Shown here piece by piece: positions 48,125 through 58,817 of a DNA stretch of 64,000 nucleotides; within the stretch, counting starts at the first letter, position 1; each line of letters begins with the position of its first letter. The DNA lies in NCBI GenBank assembly GCA_965207145.1, contig OZ242262.1, positions 1,864,827-1,928,826 of the forward strand, given 5' to 3'. Source of the DNA: Dehalococcoidia bacterium (GTDB lineage Bacteria > Chloroflexota > Dehalococcoidia > Lucifugimonadales > UBA2962). The notes beneath the pieces are model-generated. The model ran no database searches and was not told where the DNA came from. It worked only from the letters and a program-made list of their open reading frames with translations. The position numbers and the translations under genes were made by a program.

Positions 48125-50218
48125 CTAGGGCGCTCGGCCGCCGGCCAACTGCTGTGCCATCACACTCGGGTCGGTGGTAGGCATTTGGCAGGCGTAGTTT
48201 TCGCAAACGTACGCGGTAGCTACCCCTCCTAGTCTTTCCCGTTCCCTTGCAAGGGGCAGGTTGGCGATGGATCCTCTATCCCCAACCCCCATAACTACCT
48301 TGTTGGGCAAATAGTGTCTGTAGATCTCGGCCAGCAATGCCCGGGTGGCATCGTCGCTTGGGTCGCCAGCTATCGCGATCTCCTTTGGAGCACTGAGGCA
48401 AAAGTCCAGTCCGCCAAGCCAGTGACCGGCTCCAGCTGGCACCCGCAGCATCAGCTCCCGGGCCGAGCGGATGCCCTCGACAGCCATGTCTCTCATGCCG
48501 GACTCGCCGGTGTATATGGCGAGCTTTAGCAGGACAGAGCAGGCCGCCGAGCTACCCGATGGAGTCGCATTGTCCGAGACATCGCGGGGCCGGACGATGA
48601 GGTCTTCGTGATCCGAGCCGGTGTCATAGAACTGGCCAGTGCCGCGGTCCCAGAACAGTTCGACCATCGATTGCCCCAAACTGATCGCCTCGGAGAGCCA
48701 ACGTGCCTCGAGGGTAGCCTCATGCAGCGCCAGAAGACCGTCGATGGTAAAGGCGTAGTCCTCCAAGTAGCCGTTGAGTTTGGCCGCCCCGTCCTTGTAG
48801 GTTCGCAACAGACGGCCATCGCGCCGGAGCGCCGTCAGAAGGAAATCGGAGCATTTTGCGGCCGCGGCCGCGTATTCTTGGTTCTCTAGCACCGCCGACG
48901 CCTCTGCCAGGGCCGCGATCATCAATCCGTTCCAAGCGGTCAAGATCTTGTCATCAGTACTGGGAGGCACTCGGCGAGAGCGGGCCTCGTAAAGCTTCTT
49001 TTTGGCGCCGGCGATGAATTGCAGGACCTGCGCTTCATCCCGCGATAGGGAAGCGCGAAGCTCTTCCGTGAAATTGAGGATCGATGAGCCCTCGAAATTG
49101 CCCGCGTCAGACACATCAAAGTAGGCGGCCATGCGCTGACCCGCGGCTGTGCCCAAGACTTCGCAGAGCTCCCCGGGTCTCCACACAAAGAACTTGCCTT
49201 CCACTCCTTCACTGTCTGCGTCTTGCGCCGAGTAGAAGGCACCCTCAGGGGCCATCATCTCCCTCAGGACATAGCGAAGAGTCTCATCGACTAGGCGACG
49301 GTATGCGGGGTTTCCCGTTATCTGAAAGGCGTGAAGATACAGCCGGACTAGCAGGGCATTGTCGTAGAGCATCTTCTCGAAGTGAGGAACCAGCCATCGC
49401 GCGTCCGTAGAGTAACGGTGGAAGCCGCCCCCAACCTGGTCATATATCCCTCCCTGCGCCATTGCGTCCAGTGTCCTGGTCACCATTTCCAGTGCATCAC
49501 CGTCTCCAGTTCGCAGGTAATAGCGGAGCAGAAACTCGTAAATCATCGGCTGCGGGAATTTTGGCGCGCCACTCAAGCCACCCATTTCCCGGTCGGCTTG
49601 CGCCGAAAGGTTTGCGTAGGCCGAGGAAAGGTTAGCCTCCGCAAGTAGTTCGCGAGACCTGCCGGCAAGGGTTGTCTGACGGATCCGGGCCACGAACTGT
49701 TCTGAGGATAGCTCGAGGTCGCCCTTCTTGTGCCGATAGGCATGGGAGACGGCATCGAGAATCCTTGGAAACCCGGGCATGCCGCCGCGATCCGACGGAG
49801 GGAAGTAGGTGCCCCCATAAAAGGGTCTGCCGTCCGGCATCAAGAAGACGGTCAGAGGCCACCCCCCGTGACCGGCCAGAGCTTGCACGGCCGTCATGTA
49901 GATGGAATCGATGTCGGGGCGTTCCTCTCGGTCCACCTTGATGGATATAAAGTTGCGATTCATTTGGGCCGCGATGTCGTCGTCTTCGAACGATTCGCGC
50001 TCCATTACGTGACACCAGTGGCAGGCGGAGTATCCGATACTCAACAGGATCGGCTTATCCTGTCTCCGGGCCTCTTCAAGCGCTTCTTTACCCCAGGGGA
50101 ACCAGTCCACGGGGTTATCTTTGTGCTGGAGAAGATAGGGGCTGCTCTCGGCAGCGAGTCTGTTGGGCAATCGGACCAGCCTAGGGCATAAGCGCAAGCG
50201 TTGAAACTGAGCCGCCAA
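48125..50218 (-). CDS. thioredoxin-domain protein of the YyaL/SSP411 (DUF255 + six-hairpin glycosidase-like) family
   Basis: [25 protein letters not shown] ... [18 protein letters not shown]. The true start is probably the internal TTG at 50170, which would remove the overlap with the upstream gene. Confidence 0.9.
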   Translation of the reverse strand: MAAQFQRLRLCPRLVRLPNRLAAESSPYLLQHKDNPVDWFPWGKEALEEARRQDKPILLSIGYSACHWCHVMERESFEDDDIAAQMNRNFISIKVDREERPDIDSIYMTAVQALAGHGGWPLTVFLMPDGRPFYGGTYFPPSDRGGMPGFPRILDAVSHAYRHKKGDLELSSEQFVARIRQTTLAGRSRELLAEANLSSAYANLSAQADREMGGLSGAPKFPQPMIYEFLLRYYLRTGDGDALEMVTRTLDAMAQGGIYDQVGGGFHRYSTDARWLVPHFEKMLYDNALLVRLYLHAFQITGNPAYRRLVDETLRYVLREMMAPEGAFYSAQDADSEGVEGKFFVWRPGELCEVLGTAAGQRMAAYFDVSDAGNFEGSSILNFTEELRASLSRDEAQVLQFIAGAKKKLYEARSRRVPPSTDDKILTAWNGLMIAALAEASAVLENQEYAAAAAKCSDFLLTALRRDGRLLRTYKDGAAKLNGYLEDYAFTIDGLLALHEATLEARWLSEAISLGQSMVELFWDRGTGQFYDTGSDHEDLIVRPRDVSDNATPSGSSAACSVLLKLAIYTGESGMRDMAVEGIRSARELMLRVPAGAGHWLGGLDFCLSAPKEIAIAGDPSDDATRALLAEIYRHYLPNKVVMGVGDRGSIANLPLARERERLGGVATAYVCENYACQMPTTDPSVMAQQLAGGRAP

Positions 50219-51659
50219 CGATGTCTGCCACGCGTATGACGTGGTTGTTTGTGTCGGCGATGAAGATCAGGTCTCCGGCCACAGAAAGACCTCCTGGCTC
50301 GTGGAACCCTGCCCCTTTACCGTATCCATCCTCCAGGCCTGGCTGTCCCGTCCCGAAGAGAGTAGTGACCTCGCCGGTGACCAGTTCGATCCTCTTGATC
50401 CTGTTATTGTAAGTGTCCGTCAGGTACAAGAATCCCCCTGCGAGGTCCACGCCTATAGGGTGCTGCAACCTTGCGCTCTTCCCGGGGCCGTCTAGGTCAC
50501 CGAACGAGAACAGGTCCTCGCCGACAATTGTTGACACGAAGCCTGCTTCGTCCACGTCGGCCGTACGTATGGCGCTCGTCTCGCTGTCCGCAAAATAGAG
50601 CTTGGAGCCATCGCTCACTATGCCGCTCGGCTGGGCCAACTGGGCCGAGAGCAGGGGACCGTCCACGATATTCTCCCGACCGGAGCCGGCATGCGGCGCC
50701 ATGAATCCCGACGCTAGGTCGAGTCGCCATATTTGGTGGAAACCGGCCATCGCAATGTAGAGGTTGGCATCGCAGAGAGCGACATCCCATGGCGATTTGA
50801 TCGGGGTCGACCTGGCTGGACCTCCGCGATTGAATCTGGGGGCCGGTTGTCCGGTGCCCGCGAGCGTCACGACACTGCCCTCGGAAAGATTGACCCGGCG
50901 GATCGCGTGGTTCTTCGTGTCTGCAACGTAGATCTGGTCCCCGGAGAGGGCTAAACCTTGCGGATCCCGGAATCGGGCAGAGGCGAAATCCCCATCCGTA
51001 AGTCCGGCTGCACCAGACCCAACTATTGCGCGGACTCGTCCATCAAGCCCGGCCACTACTAGGCGGTTGTGATTGGAGTCGGCGACCACGAGTGTGTCTG
51101 ATTCTCTCTCGGCCACAACCTTGCCCGGGAAGGAGAGCGGCCCATCCGACATCTTGTCGCGTTCCAACGTGAATTGAATTGGAGTGCGGTCGATCAGCCC
51201 CCTTGCATCGAAATCGCCTATCAATCCTGCAATTGCCCTGTCCAAAGCGTCTTTGTCGAACTCTCCCTCGTGCTTGCCGAGGACGGTGCCTTCCGGACCG
51301 ATAAACATGAAGGTCGGCCAGGCGCGCACACCCCACCTGCGCCACACCTCGAAGCCGGAGTCGTTGGCCACCGGGTGATTGATGTCGTAACGCAGCACTG
51401 CCTGGCGCACGTTGTCCAACGACTTCTCCTGCGTGAATTTGGCGGAGTGCACACCGATTACGACCATTTCGTCTCGATACTTTGCTTCTAGTTCCGCCAA
51501 CTGCGGAATTGCGTGCATGCAGTTAATTCAGCAATACGTCCAAAAGTCGAGAATTATCAGCTTTCCCCTCAAGCCCTCGATCGTGACTGGATGCTCGGAA
51601 TTGAGCCATTCCAACCCTCCGGGGAACTCTGGCGCGCGAACTTGCTTTCTCTCCGTCAT
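50181..51659 (-). CDS. thioredoxin-like + NHL-repeat protein (NHLRC2/YbbN-like) with in-frame TGA at the CxxC position: selenoprotein candidate or pseudogene
   Basis: The tracked ORF (50181..51518) starts just after the redox motif. The same frame upstream reads [56 protein letters not shown] from ATG 51659. The TGA is at 51528-51530. The NHL beta-propeller repeats lie downstream. Confidence 0.7.
51499..51524 (-). promoter_or_regulatory. candidate bacterial SECIS-like hairpin immediately 3' of the in-frame UGA
   Basis: mRNA reads UGA AUU AACUGC AUGCACGCAAUUCC GCAGUU GG. It has a 6-bp stem (extendable by 2 G-U pairs) and a 14-nt loop. An alternative GAAUU/AAUUC pairing is also possible. Confidence 0.3.
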
Positions 51660-52672
51660 TGGCTATTCTCCTGGGCGGGCTTGCGCACAACAGCAAAGCT
51701 AGGTCTCTAGTTCTACTCTATTCCGAATCACCTGGAATAGTTAGGGCTTGCTTGGCATCTGAGATACTCGACTTGGACTCTGCCGCGCAGCTAGGGCTTG
51801 GCATTAATCCTCCGAGGTGGGCCCTAAATGCGTCTACCTCGGGGGCGGTACGTCAGTCGCTCCGCCCAAAAGACCTCTAGCGTGGGCCGAAGTGTACGGC
51901 AACTCTACGTCGTTGCCGCTTAGGGCCGATCCATCCTTCATGCCGGACTTGGCAAGATTCGTTGAGCCTACAACTTCGCCTCTAGCCGAGCCAGCCCCGT
52001 GTCGTCGCCAGATTCGGTGAAGGACGAAGCATTCACCGAAATCACTGCGGCGAGCCGATTTGCCACTCTGGCCTGAAGCCTCGCTGAGTCGGTATGTAAC
52101 TGGCACTCCGGCTACCGGATTAGGTAACCGAGTGGAACGTTCTTGAGTCCATGAATGGACAACTGGAAACGCTGGCTAGGGAGAGCAAACATTAGCCAAA
52201 AATGTTCGGATTTCACGAATATCGATACATAGACTTATCTGCACAGAGATAGATAGTTAATGCGACTGTGGATATATGCCATATATCTCCCGTCGATTGA
52301 AACGGATAGTGATCAGAAATCGAGAGCGGGAAGGGTGTATATAACTCTATCAGTGCTTAGCACTATCGGCCAAACGATACCGGGTCTGTTGTACAAGCGC
52401 GTGTGATGCAGATTGCAGGCGAGAACTGCGTCGTTGCGGCTGTCATTCCACTGGCTTAGTCGACATCGCGGATGATGCTGCCTCTCCGTTTTGGTATGGT
52501 GCTGCGGAATATGTGCGGCACCACCGCTTCTTTCGCCTTTGAGGGCAACATGGAGGCAGGGAACGGCAATGCTGCAGCTGATTAGTGCGCCGGGCACTTG
52601 CCCTCCGAACGGACGTGCTTCGTGCAGATGTAGAGCGTTACTCTGTGACTATTGAACGGAAGTGGAGACGGT

Positions 52673-54508
52673 ATGCGCTTTCTTCTTGACCCGTGGCGCC
52701 GCATAGGTGCCCGACTATACCTCGCCCTGGGATTTGCGGTGCTCCTTACCCTGGGTTCTAGCGCCGTGGCAGTGTATTACTTCGAGCGGAGCGGAGACCT
52801 TAATCACCGGGTCCAGACCGAGGCGGAACCAGCTCTGGATGCATCTTGGGCAGCTGCTCGGGAAGCAGAGCGACTCTTGTCGTTAGGCCTCAGGCTCATG
52901 GTCCAGAACGCGGCAGGGGTCTCTACAGACACAGCGACGGCCTCGCTGGAGCGGTTGGAAAGTTACCTGACCGCTGCCAGCGTTGTCCCTGCCTTGCTGC
53001 CGGCAGCGAACGAGGTGCATGAAGGAGCATATGCACTGGTCGGAGTCATCGATCAGTTGGCAGTCTACCAAGCTGCGGTTCAAGACAACGACGTAGCTGC
53101 GACTGAACTTGGAGGCGCCATAGAAGGGTTGTCGGTCGATGGTGAGTCCCGTGCGTCGCTGAGGCGAGCTCTATTGGCTTCTGACCAGGCTGAGCTTGAC
53201 CGCCTCTGGGACCAAATCGCAGTACTACCGTTGGGTGAACAGGTGTATGCGGTCCGTGGTCAGCAACTAGCGCTGCGGGCTCAAGCAAATGGATTCGCTG
53301 CCACTCTCGATGAGCGAAGTGTGGCTCTGGAGGACTCGGTCACTGGTCTATTGGCGACCGCGCGCGCAGAGTCGCAGGTAATACTTGAGTCGTCGGTCCG
53401 CAGTTTTGACGAGGGTCGCATCATCCTGGCGGTGATCAGTATTGCAAGCGTCCTCGCGGCTACCCTGAGCGCCTGGCTTTGGGTGGGGCAGGGGGTGGTG
53501 CGTCGTCTATCTAGGCTGTCTGAGCGCATGCGCGGCATGGCGTCCGGTGACCTCGAAACTCCGATACCCGAGGTAAGCCGGGACGAAATAGGCGAACTGG
53601 CCGGCGCTCTTGAAGTGTGGCGCCAGCAGGCGCTTGAAGTGCAGCGGCTGAATCTGGTTGAACGCCTCTACGGAGAGCTGCGTGAGGTGAACGAGGAGTT
53701 GCAGCGGATGCAGGCCAGGCTAGTGGCACAAGAGAAGCTGGCCGCCTTGGGGGAGCTGGTATCCGGTGTAGCGCACGAGATCAGTAATCCGCTGAACTTC
53801 GTCAAGAACTTTACCGAGGGATCCTTAGAGCTTCAGCGTGAACTGATGGGAATGCTGACAAGTTACCGCGGTCAAATGACGGAGGATGATGCCGGTCTCC
53901 TTGATGACATCAGCGAGGAGTTGGCAACCAGTCTGGAGCGCGTGCAGTCCAACGGCGGTCGCGCTCTAGCAATTGTCGAGCGAATGCGGGGTCTGGGAGT
54001 AGTCGGAGGGGATCCGGAGCCCACAGACTTGAACGGTGCGTTGCGATCCGCCGTGCGGCTGGCTTGCGAGGCCTTTCACGCGGAATGGAGGGATTTTAGC
54101 GTGGAGCCTGACTTTGACCTGGACCGCTCGGTGGGCGATGTGTCGCTTGTAGCCAATGACTTTAGCGAAGCCGTCGTAGGCCTTGTTTCGAACGCCTGCT
54201 ATGCACTGAGACAAAAGAGGGATGCGCAAGACGGCGAGTATGAACCGGGCCTGTCTGTGTCCAGCCGCCTTTCGGACGGTTTAGTGGAGGTGCGTGTCCG
54301 TGACAATGGGCCGGGAATCCCCGATGAAGTTGTGGGGCAGATATTTGACCCCTTCTTTTCGACCCGTGAAGGTGTAGTCGGAGCCGGACTGGGACTTCCC
54401 ATCGCCGCTGATGTAATGAGGCGCCTCGGAGGAGATCTCGTCGTTGACACGGTCCACGGCGAATACACGGAGTTCACCATGACGCTGCCGGCAGGCTCCA
54501 CGCCCTAG
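52673..54508 (+). CDS. sensor histidine kinase (TM sensor region, HAMP, HisKA, HATPase_c); no cognate response regulator nearby
   Basis: HAMP SGDLETPIPEVSRDEIGELAGAL, H-box SGVAHEISNPLN, G-boxes DNGPGIP and GAGLGLPIA. ATG 52673 follows GGAGACGG. The tracked ORF begins at TTG 52652. Confidence 0.85.
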   Translation: MRFLLDPWRRIGARLYLALGFAVLLTLGSSAVAVYYFERSGDLNHRVQTEAEPALDASWAAAREAERLLSLGLRLMVQNAAGVSTDTATASLERLESYLTAASVVPALLPAANEVHEGAYALVGVIDQLAVYQAAVQDNDVAATELGGAIEGLSVDGESRASLRRALLASDQAELDRLWDQIAVLPLGEQVYAVRGQQLALRAQANGFAATLDERSVALEDSVTGLLATARAESQVILESSVRSFDEGRIILAVISIASVLAATLSAWLWVGQGVVRRLSRLSERMRGMASGDLETPIPEVSRDEIGELAGALEVWRQQALEVQRLNLVERLYGELREVNEELQRMQARLVAQEKLAALGELVSGVAHEISNPLNFVKNFTEGSLELQRELMGMLTSYRGQMTEDDAGLLDDISEELATSLERVQSNGGRALAIVERMRGLGVVGGDPEPTDLNGALRSAVRLACEAFHAEWRDFSVEPDFDLDRSVGDVSLVANDFSEAVVGLVSNACYALRQKRDAQDGEYEPGLSVSSRLSDGLVEVRVRDNGPGIPDEVVGQIFDPFFSTREGVVGAGLGLPIAADVMRRLGGDLVVDTVHGEYTEFTMTLPAGSTP

Positions 54509-54649
54509 GCCGGGCGGCCCGTGTCGGTAATCGGAAGCCCGCTTCCGATCAGGTCAGTAAGCTCGACAATCGCGGGACCATCACTTGAGTGGACAGCTAG
54601 TCTCCGGAGACTTAGAGGAGGCTTGCACCTGCCACCACGACCGGTGGGA

Positions 54650-55462
54650 CTACAACTCGATAATGCCAAAGCCGACTGCGTAGTCGCATCCGGCTAATTC
54701 ACCGATGGCAGCGGCTCCCCAGTGAAGGAATTCATCGGGGTCAAAGGATTGGGGCAGGTTGTCGATGTAGACGCGGTGTTCTCTGAGCGATTGGACACCC
54801 TTATCGATGAATCCGGTCACGTCAACGTAGTGGGTGATACTCGGGGCTGACGCTATGAAGACACACTTGGTGCCGCGCCAGGGCTCATAGCCTTCGTCAA
54901 GGAGTTCGGGGAATATCCATCGGTTGTCGGCGTCCCTGGCGGCGTCGAGCACTGCAATTCCTACGGCACGGTGGTCGGCCATATTGAGTTTGTCGCCAGC
55001 CCAGGTGAGTTCATGGTTGCCGCTGATCAGAACATCGGGTCGGAATTTTCGAATGGCTCGGGAGATGTCGCGCCGAAGAGGTAGACCGTACTCTACGACT
55101 CCGTCCCTGTAATCGAGAAACTCCACGGAATCAACGCCAACAACACGTGCGCTGCTAATCTCCTCGTGCATCCGGAGCCTTGCGGTCTCTTCGGGATGCA
55201 TGGAATCTATTCCTGCCTCGCCCTTGGTTATCATCAGGTAGCCGATCTTCTTTCCCTGCGAGGTCCAGCGCGCGATGGCACTGGCGGCGCCGTATTCCAG
55301 ATCGTCAGGATGGGCAGCAATTGCAAGGGCCCGGGACCAGTCCTCTGGCAGGGGCGAGAGCTTGGCGGATTGATCAGGTACAGCTATGGCACAGGCTCCC
55401 GTGGCAATTGATAGTCGCAGAGCATGCCCCCAGCATGGCAGGGAACGCTGATTTGGATGCAA
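54650..55462 (-). CDS. PIG-L/LmbE-family N-acetylglucosaminyl deacetylase
   Basis: AIAAHPDDLEYGAASAIA (AHPDDxE) and a downstream HxxH-type region. Confidence 0.8.
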   Translation of the reverse strand: MHPNQRSLPCWGHALRLSIATGACAIAVPDQSAKLSPLPEDWSRALAIAAHPDDLEYGAASAIARWTSQGKKIGYLMITKGEAGIDSMHPEETARLRMHEEISSARVVGVDSVEFLDYRDGVVEYGLPLRRDISRAIRKFRPDVLISGNHELTWAGDKLNMADHRAVGIAVLDAARDADNRWIFPELLDEGYEPWRGTKCVFIASAPSITHYVDVTGFIDKGVQSLREHRVYIDNLPQSFDPDEFLHWGAAAIGELAGCDYAVGFGIIEL

Positions 55463-55726
55463 CAGTCTAGCAGAGCAGATCAGAGAGACACGCTGAGGCC
55501 TTAAGCTACATTCGCAGTCGATTGAGCCTCATGTGCCGCAAACACTCGGCACAATAGTCGACAGGCAATTCACCAATCGCGAGCTTCGCATCTACCCGGG
55601 TCGACTGGACTCCTGCCCAGACCTACGCGGACGGTCGCACATCGTTAGCCGTTTGCGGGCCAGTTGAGGCCTTCTGCCTCGCCCAAGGCATGGGGAGGTA
55701 GCCTCAAAAGGTGTGTAAACGATCAG

Positions 55727-55788
55727 GCGGTGTAACCTCTCTCTGATCACAGACGGGCTTTTTATGCCCGAGAGAGGAGTACACCGCC
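55727..55788 (+). promoter_or_regulatory. stem-loop sequestering the transposase RBS
   Basis: GGCGGTGTAACCTCTCTC (55727-55744) pairs with GAGAGAGGAGTACACCGCC (55770-55788), which contains the GAGGAG SD. There is an inner CGGGC/GCCCG stem. Confidence 0.4.
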
Positions 55789-55789
55789 C

Positions 55790-57034
55790 ATGGTCAAGGA
55801 GAGCATTGAAACAGGACCTGAGTCAAGGCCGGGATTCGAGCACCTGGAGGACTGGTTGCGAGGTCAGATGCAGGGTCTGATCCAGGACATGCTGGAGGAG
55901 GAGGTCACCGAGTTCCTGGGCAGGGCCAGGTCGGTGCGCCGGTCGGGATCCGATAGGGACTCTGGGTACCGAAACGGTCACGGAAGCCCCCGGAGGCTGA
56001 CGCTGAGCTCGGGGACGATCCAGGTGAGGCGGCCGAGGGTACGTGATACCGAGGAGCGGTTCGAGAGCAGGCTTCTTCCCCTGTTCGCCAACAGGAGCCG
56101 GCAGGTCGACGTCCTGCTTCCGGAACTGTACCTGCACGGTCTGTCGGAGGGGGACTTCGACCTGGCGCTGCGAGGTCTGCTGGGCGAGGCCGCTCCGATA
56201 TCGGCCAGCACGATCGCGCGTCTGAAGGACAGGTGGAACGCAGAGCTCGCCGAGTGGCGGGGAAGGTCCCTTTCCGAGCTAGAGGTAGTCTACATGTGGG
56301 TGGACGGGGTGTACGTGAAGGCGGGCCTGGAGCGTGAGAAGGCCGCGATCCTGGTGGTTGTGGCGGCGCTGAGCGACGGGAGCAAGGTGGTCCTGAGCGC
56401 GGTGCCCGGGTACCGGGAGTCCACACGGAGCTGGTCGGATGTGCTCAGGGACCTGAGGGACCGCGGTCTCAGCTGCCCGCGGCTGGTGGTCGGAGACGGT
56501 CATCTGGGGATCTGGGGGGCGCTTGGCAACGTGTACCCGGAGGCGGGAGAGCAGCGCTGCTGGAACCACAAGATCCTCAACGTGCTCGACAAGCTTCCCA
56601 AACGTCAGCATGACCAGGCAAAGCTGATGCTGCGCAGCATGCCGTACGCTCCCACCCGGGCCGAGGCAGAGCGGCTCAGGCGGGTCTTCACGCGGTGGTG
56701 CGGCGAGCACTCCTACGAAGCAGCCCGTGAGGCTATCGAGCGTGACTGGGACAGGATGGTGGCCTTCTACGACTACCCCAAACAGCACTGGCGTCACCTG
56801 AGAACGACCAACCCGGTCGAGTCGCCCTTCGCTGCGCTGCGCATCCGGACGGATGCGGCCAGGCGCTATAAGAAGGTGGACCGGGCGATCGCAGTCATAT
56901 GGAAGATGCTGATGGTGGCCGAGAACAGGTTCCGGCGCCTGCAGGCGCCGGAGCTGATGGCTGACGTCTACCTCGGTGCCAGGTACAAGGACGGGGTCGC
57001 CATCGAGCAACAGGAAGAGAGGATCGCCGCCTGA
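55790..57034 (+). CDS. IS256-family (Mutator-type) transposase
   Basis: YMWVDGVYVKAG ... VVGDGHLGIWGAL ... QRCWNHKILNVLDKLPK signature (DDE with the CWxHK motif). Confidence 0.9.
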   Translation: MVKESIETGPESRPGFEHLEDWLRGQMQGLIQDMLEEEVTEFLGRARSVRRSGSDRDSGYRNGHGSPRRLTLSSGTIQVRRPRVRDTEERFESRLLPLFANRSRQVDVLLPELYLHGLSEGDFDLALRGLLGEAAPISASTIARLKDRWNAELAEWRGRSLSELEVVYMWVDGVYVKAGLEREKAAILVVVAALSDGSKVVLSAVPGYRESTRSWSDVLRDLRDRGLSCPRLVVGDGHLGIWGALGNVYPEAGEQRCWNHKILNVLDKLPKRQHDQAKLMLRSMPYAPTRAEAERLRRVFTRWCGEHSYEAAREAIERDWDRMVAFYDYPKQHWRHLRTTNPVESPFAALRIRTDAARRYKKVDRAIAVIWKMLMVAENRFRRLQAPELMADVYLGARYKDGVAIEQQEERIAA

Positions 57035-57803
57035 TCGCTTTTACACACCCTTTGACGCAACCTCCCGGGCGGTGGAGTAACTACAGTGCATTGCGAACTG
57101 TTCGGCGTGCGGCGGCAGGATAGAATTCCGGTTAAATTACCCCTGCCGTCTGAGCCTACTCCCTTCCAACTTCCTTGGCAGCAGGTAAGATCAACCGGTT
57201 GTGTCGCAGTTTGAGCCACGCGTAGGGCGGCACCGCAGGCGAACGGTTCCCTGAGAGAGTCTCAGTCTGAGAGTGGAGTCAGTTTAGCCTCGGCTACCGC
57301 AGTTGACGTACAGGACGGCCGATCCGAAGGCGGACGCGGCAAGGATCGGTGTCATCCACTTAGCAAACTCGATGATGGTCCGAGAGTTATGTCCTCTAGG
57401 AGGTCCTCCTGCCACTGTTCACCTTGCAGCTTGGACATTCAGGGGGCGTTGTTCTTCGATGTGCCTGATGTGTTTTTTTCAAGGCATTCCGCAGGCGGAC
57501 TGCACCGTCATACGAAAAGAGGTGACAGTTCTCTTCAATTTGCAACTCCAGGCTCGCAAGGCCATCAGGCCAGTCCTCGACCTACACCACTATGTGAGCC
57601 AAGTTAGGCTTCCTCTTCCTTCCAAACCTCGCAAGGTTTCCTATGTCTAGGCCATTTCACTTCGGGCCTTCCTACGATCCGGTTCCGCCGCTTTCCGTAA
57701 CCGGATTGCAGCACTTACCCGAGTCCGGCGTCGGATACCCGAAGGCGAAGGGCGAGGGCGACGGGGTCAAGGTACCGTAGAGCCGACGAGAGGAGTCGTG
57801 AAT

Positions 57804-58745
57804 ATGCCTATCTGGTCCTTCAGCGATCTTGGAGAGCTGTTTTCAAACCAGTCGATTGGCCTCTGGGAGCGTTTGAGCTACGTCAGGGAGTCCATCAAGA
57901 GCCGCGGCGTCCTTGGGCCGGTGAGGTTCGGGGAGGAGACGATCACTGACCTGCTGATGATGGACCTCTACGTCCAGGGGTCGACGCTGGCCCTCTTCCA
58001 GCAGACCTCCAAGCCCGAGGAGGCCATGTGGGGGACCGACTTCGAGCTGTGGCTGGGGTCGGACCCGCTTGGGTGGTTTCGATTCGCCATCCAGGCCAAG
58101 AAGCTCGACCTGAGGAGCGGCAGGTACGCTTCCCTCACGCAGAGCAACGTCAACGGAAAGCAGATTGACCTCCTCGAACGATACGCCGGGCGCAAGCGTG
58201 CCGCGCCGCTGTACTGCCTCTACAACCACACCGACGATGCGAACGAGCTGAACCACTGGCATTGCTGCACCGGCCCCGCCAACCTGAAGGACCTCGGGTG
58301 CTCCGTCACCCCGTCGTCGAACATCCGCAAGGCCATCGGCCAGTGGAAGGGCAAGAACTTCAAGAGCATTCACCAGAGGAAGAACACGCTGCCCTGGAAG
58401 TGCCTGGTCTCCTGCCCATCGGTGTGGTACCTGCTCCAGGTCAAGTCGGGGAAGGGCACCGGGAGCCCTATAATCCGGGAGACGCCCCTGTTTGATGCCG
58501 ACTCCTGTTACCACGATACATTGCCTCTGGCGCTTCGGATGCAGGATCAGCCAGCCGTCGTACGGCGAAGCGAGCGTGGGGGTTCGCTGATATCGATACC
58601 GCTGGATGCGGAGAGGGACATCGATCAGGCTGCCGACGCGTTCGGGCGGGAGGTCCGTCGCGACTTCAGGGAATGGTATGACCCGGAAACCGGATCGCCC
58701 AAAGCGGCTGCCGTCATAGAAGTGCAAGGTCCTGCTCTGAGATGA
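57804..58745 (+). CDS. hypothetical protein with PD-(D/E)xK-like nuclease-fold motifs
   Basis: AGGAG lies 8 nt before ATG 57804. Pattern: EETITDLLMMDL helix, GTDFELWLG strand, RFAIQAKKL strand (E...D-x-E...QxK). The opposite-strand 294-aa ORF is R/P/G/L-rich shadow. Confidence 0.55.
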   Translation: MPIWSFSDLGELFSNQSIGLWERLSYVRESIKSRGVLGPVRFGEETITDLLMMDLYVQGSTLALFQQTSKPEEAMWGTDFELWLGSDPLGWFRFAIQAKKLDLRSGRYASLTQSNVNGKQIDLLERYAGRKRAAPLYCLYNHTDDANELNHWHCCTGPANLKDLGCSVTPSSNIRKAIGQWKGKNFKSIHQRKNTLPWKCLVSCPSVWYLLQVKSGKGTGSPIIRETPLFDADSCYHDTLPLALRMQDQPAVVRRSERGGSLISIPLDAERDIDQAADAFGREVRRDFREWYDPETGSPKAAAVIEVQGPALR

Positions 58746-58817
58746 CTATTGCGGCCTGTAGTAACCCGCTAGAAACGTTTACCCGTTTCCAACCTCACGC
58801 GTTGGGGAAGAAAAGAA

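Larger units (their letters stand above)
55693..57066 (+). mobile_element. intact IS256-family insertion sequence (about 1.37 kb)
   Basis: Terminal inverted repeats at 55693-55730 and 57027-57066 (35 matching positions, 3 mismatches, one 2-nt indel) flank a Mutator/IS256-type transposase. The transposase stop lies inside the right IR. Confidence 0.85.

Noticed and set aside
55823-57010. Several minus-strand ORFs (104-243 aa) inside the IS256 element
   Set aside because: They are antisense to an intact transposase with clear family signatures.
57067-57803. 115-aa plus-strand ORF (57303..57650) and other short ORFs between the IS and the nuclease-like gene
   Set aside because: No RBS, odd Cys/Leu-rich composition and no motif on either strand. 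I treat this as non-coding or a degraded remnant.
57843-58727. 294-aa minus-strand ORF opposite the PD-(D/E)xK-like gene
   Set aside because: R/P/G/L/V-rich shadow composition and no RBS. The plus-strand ORF has an AGGAG-N8-ATG start and balanced composition with secondary-structure-like motif spacing.
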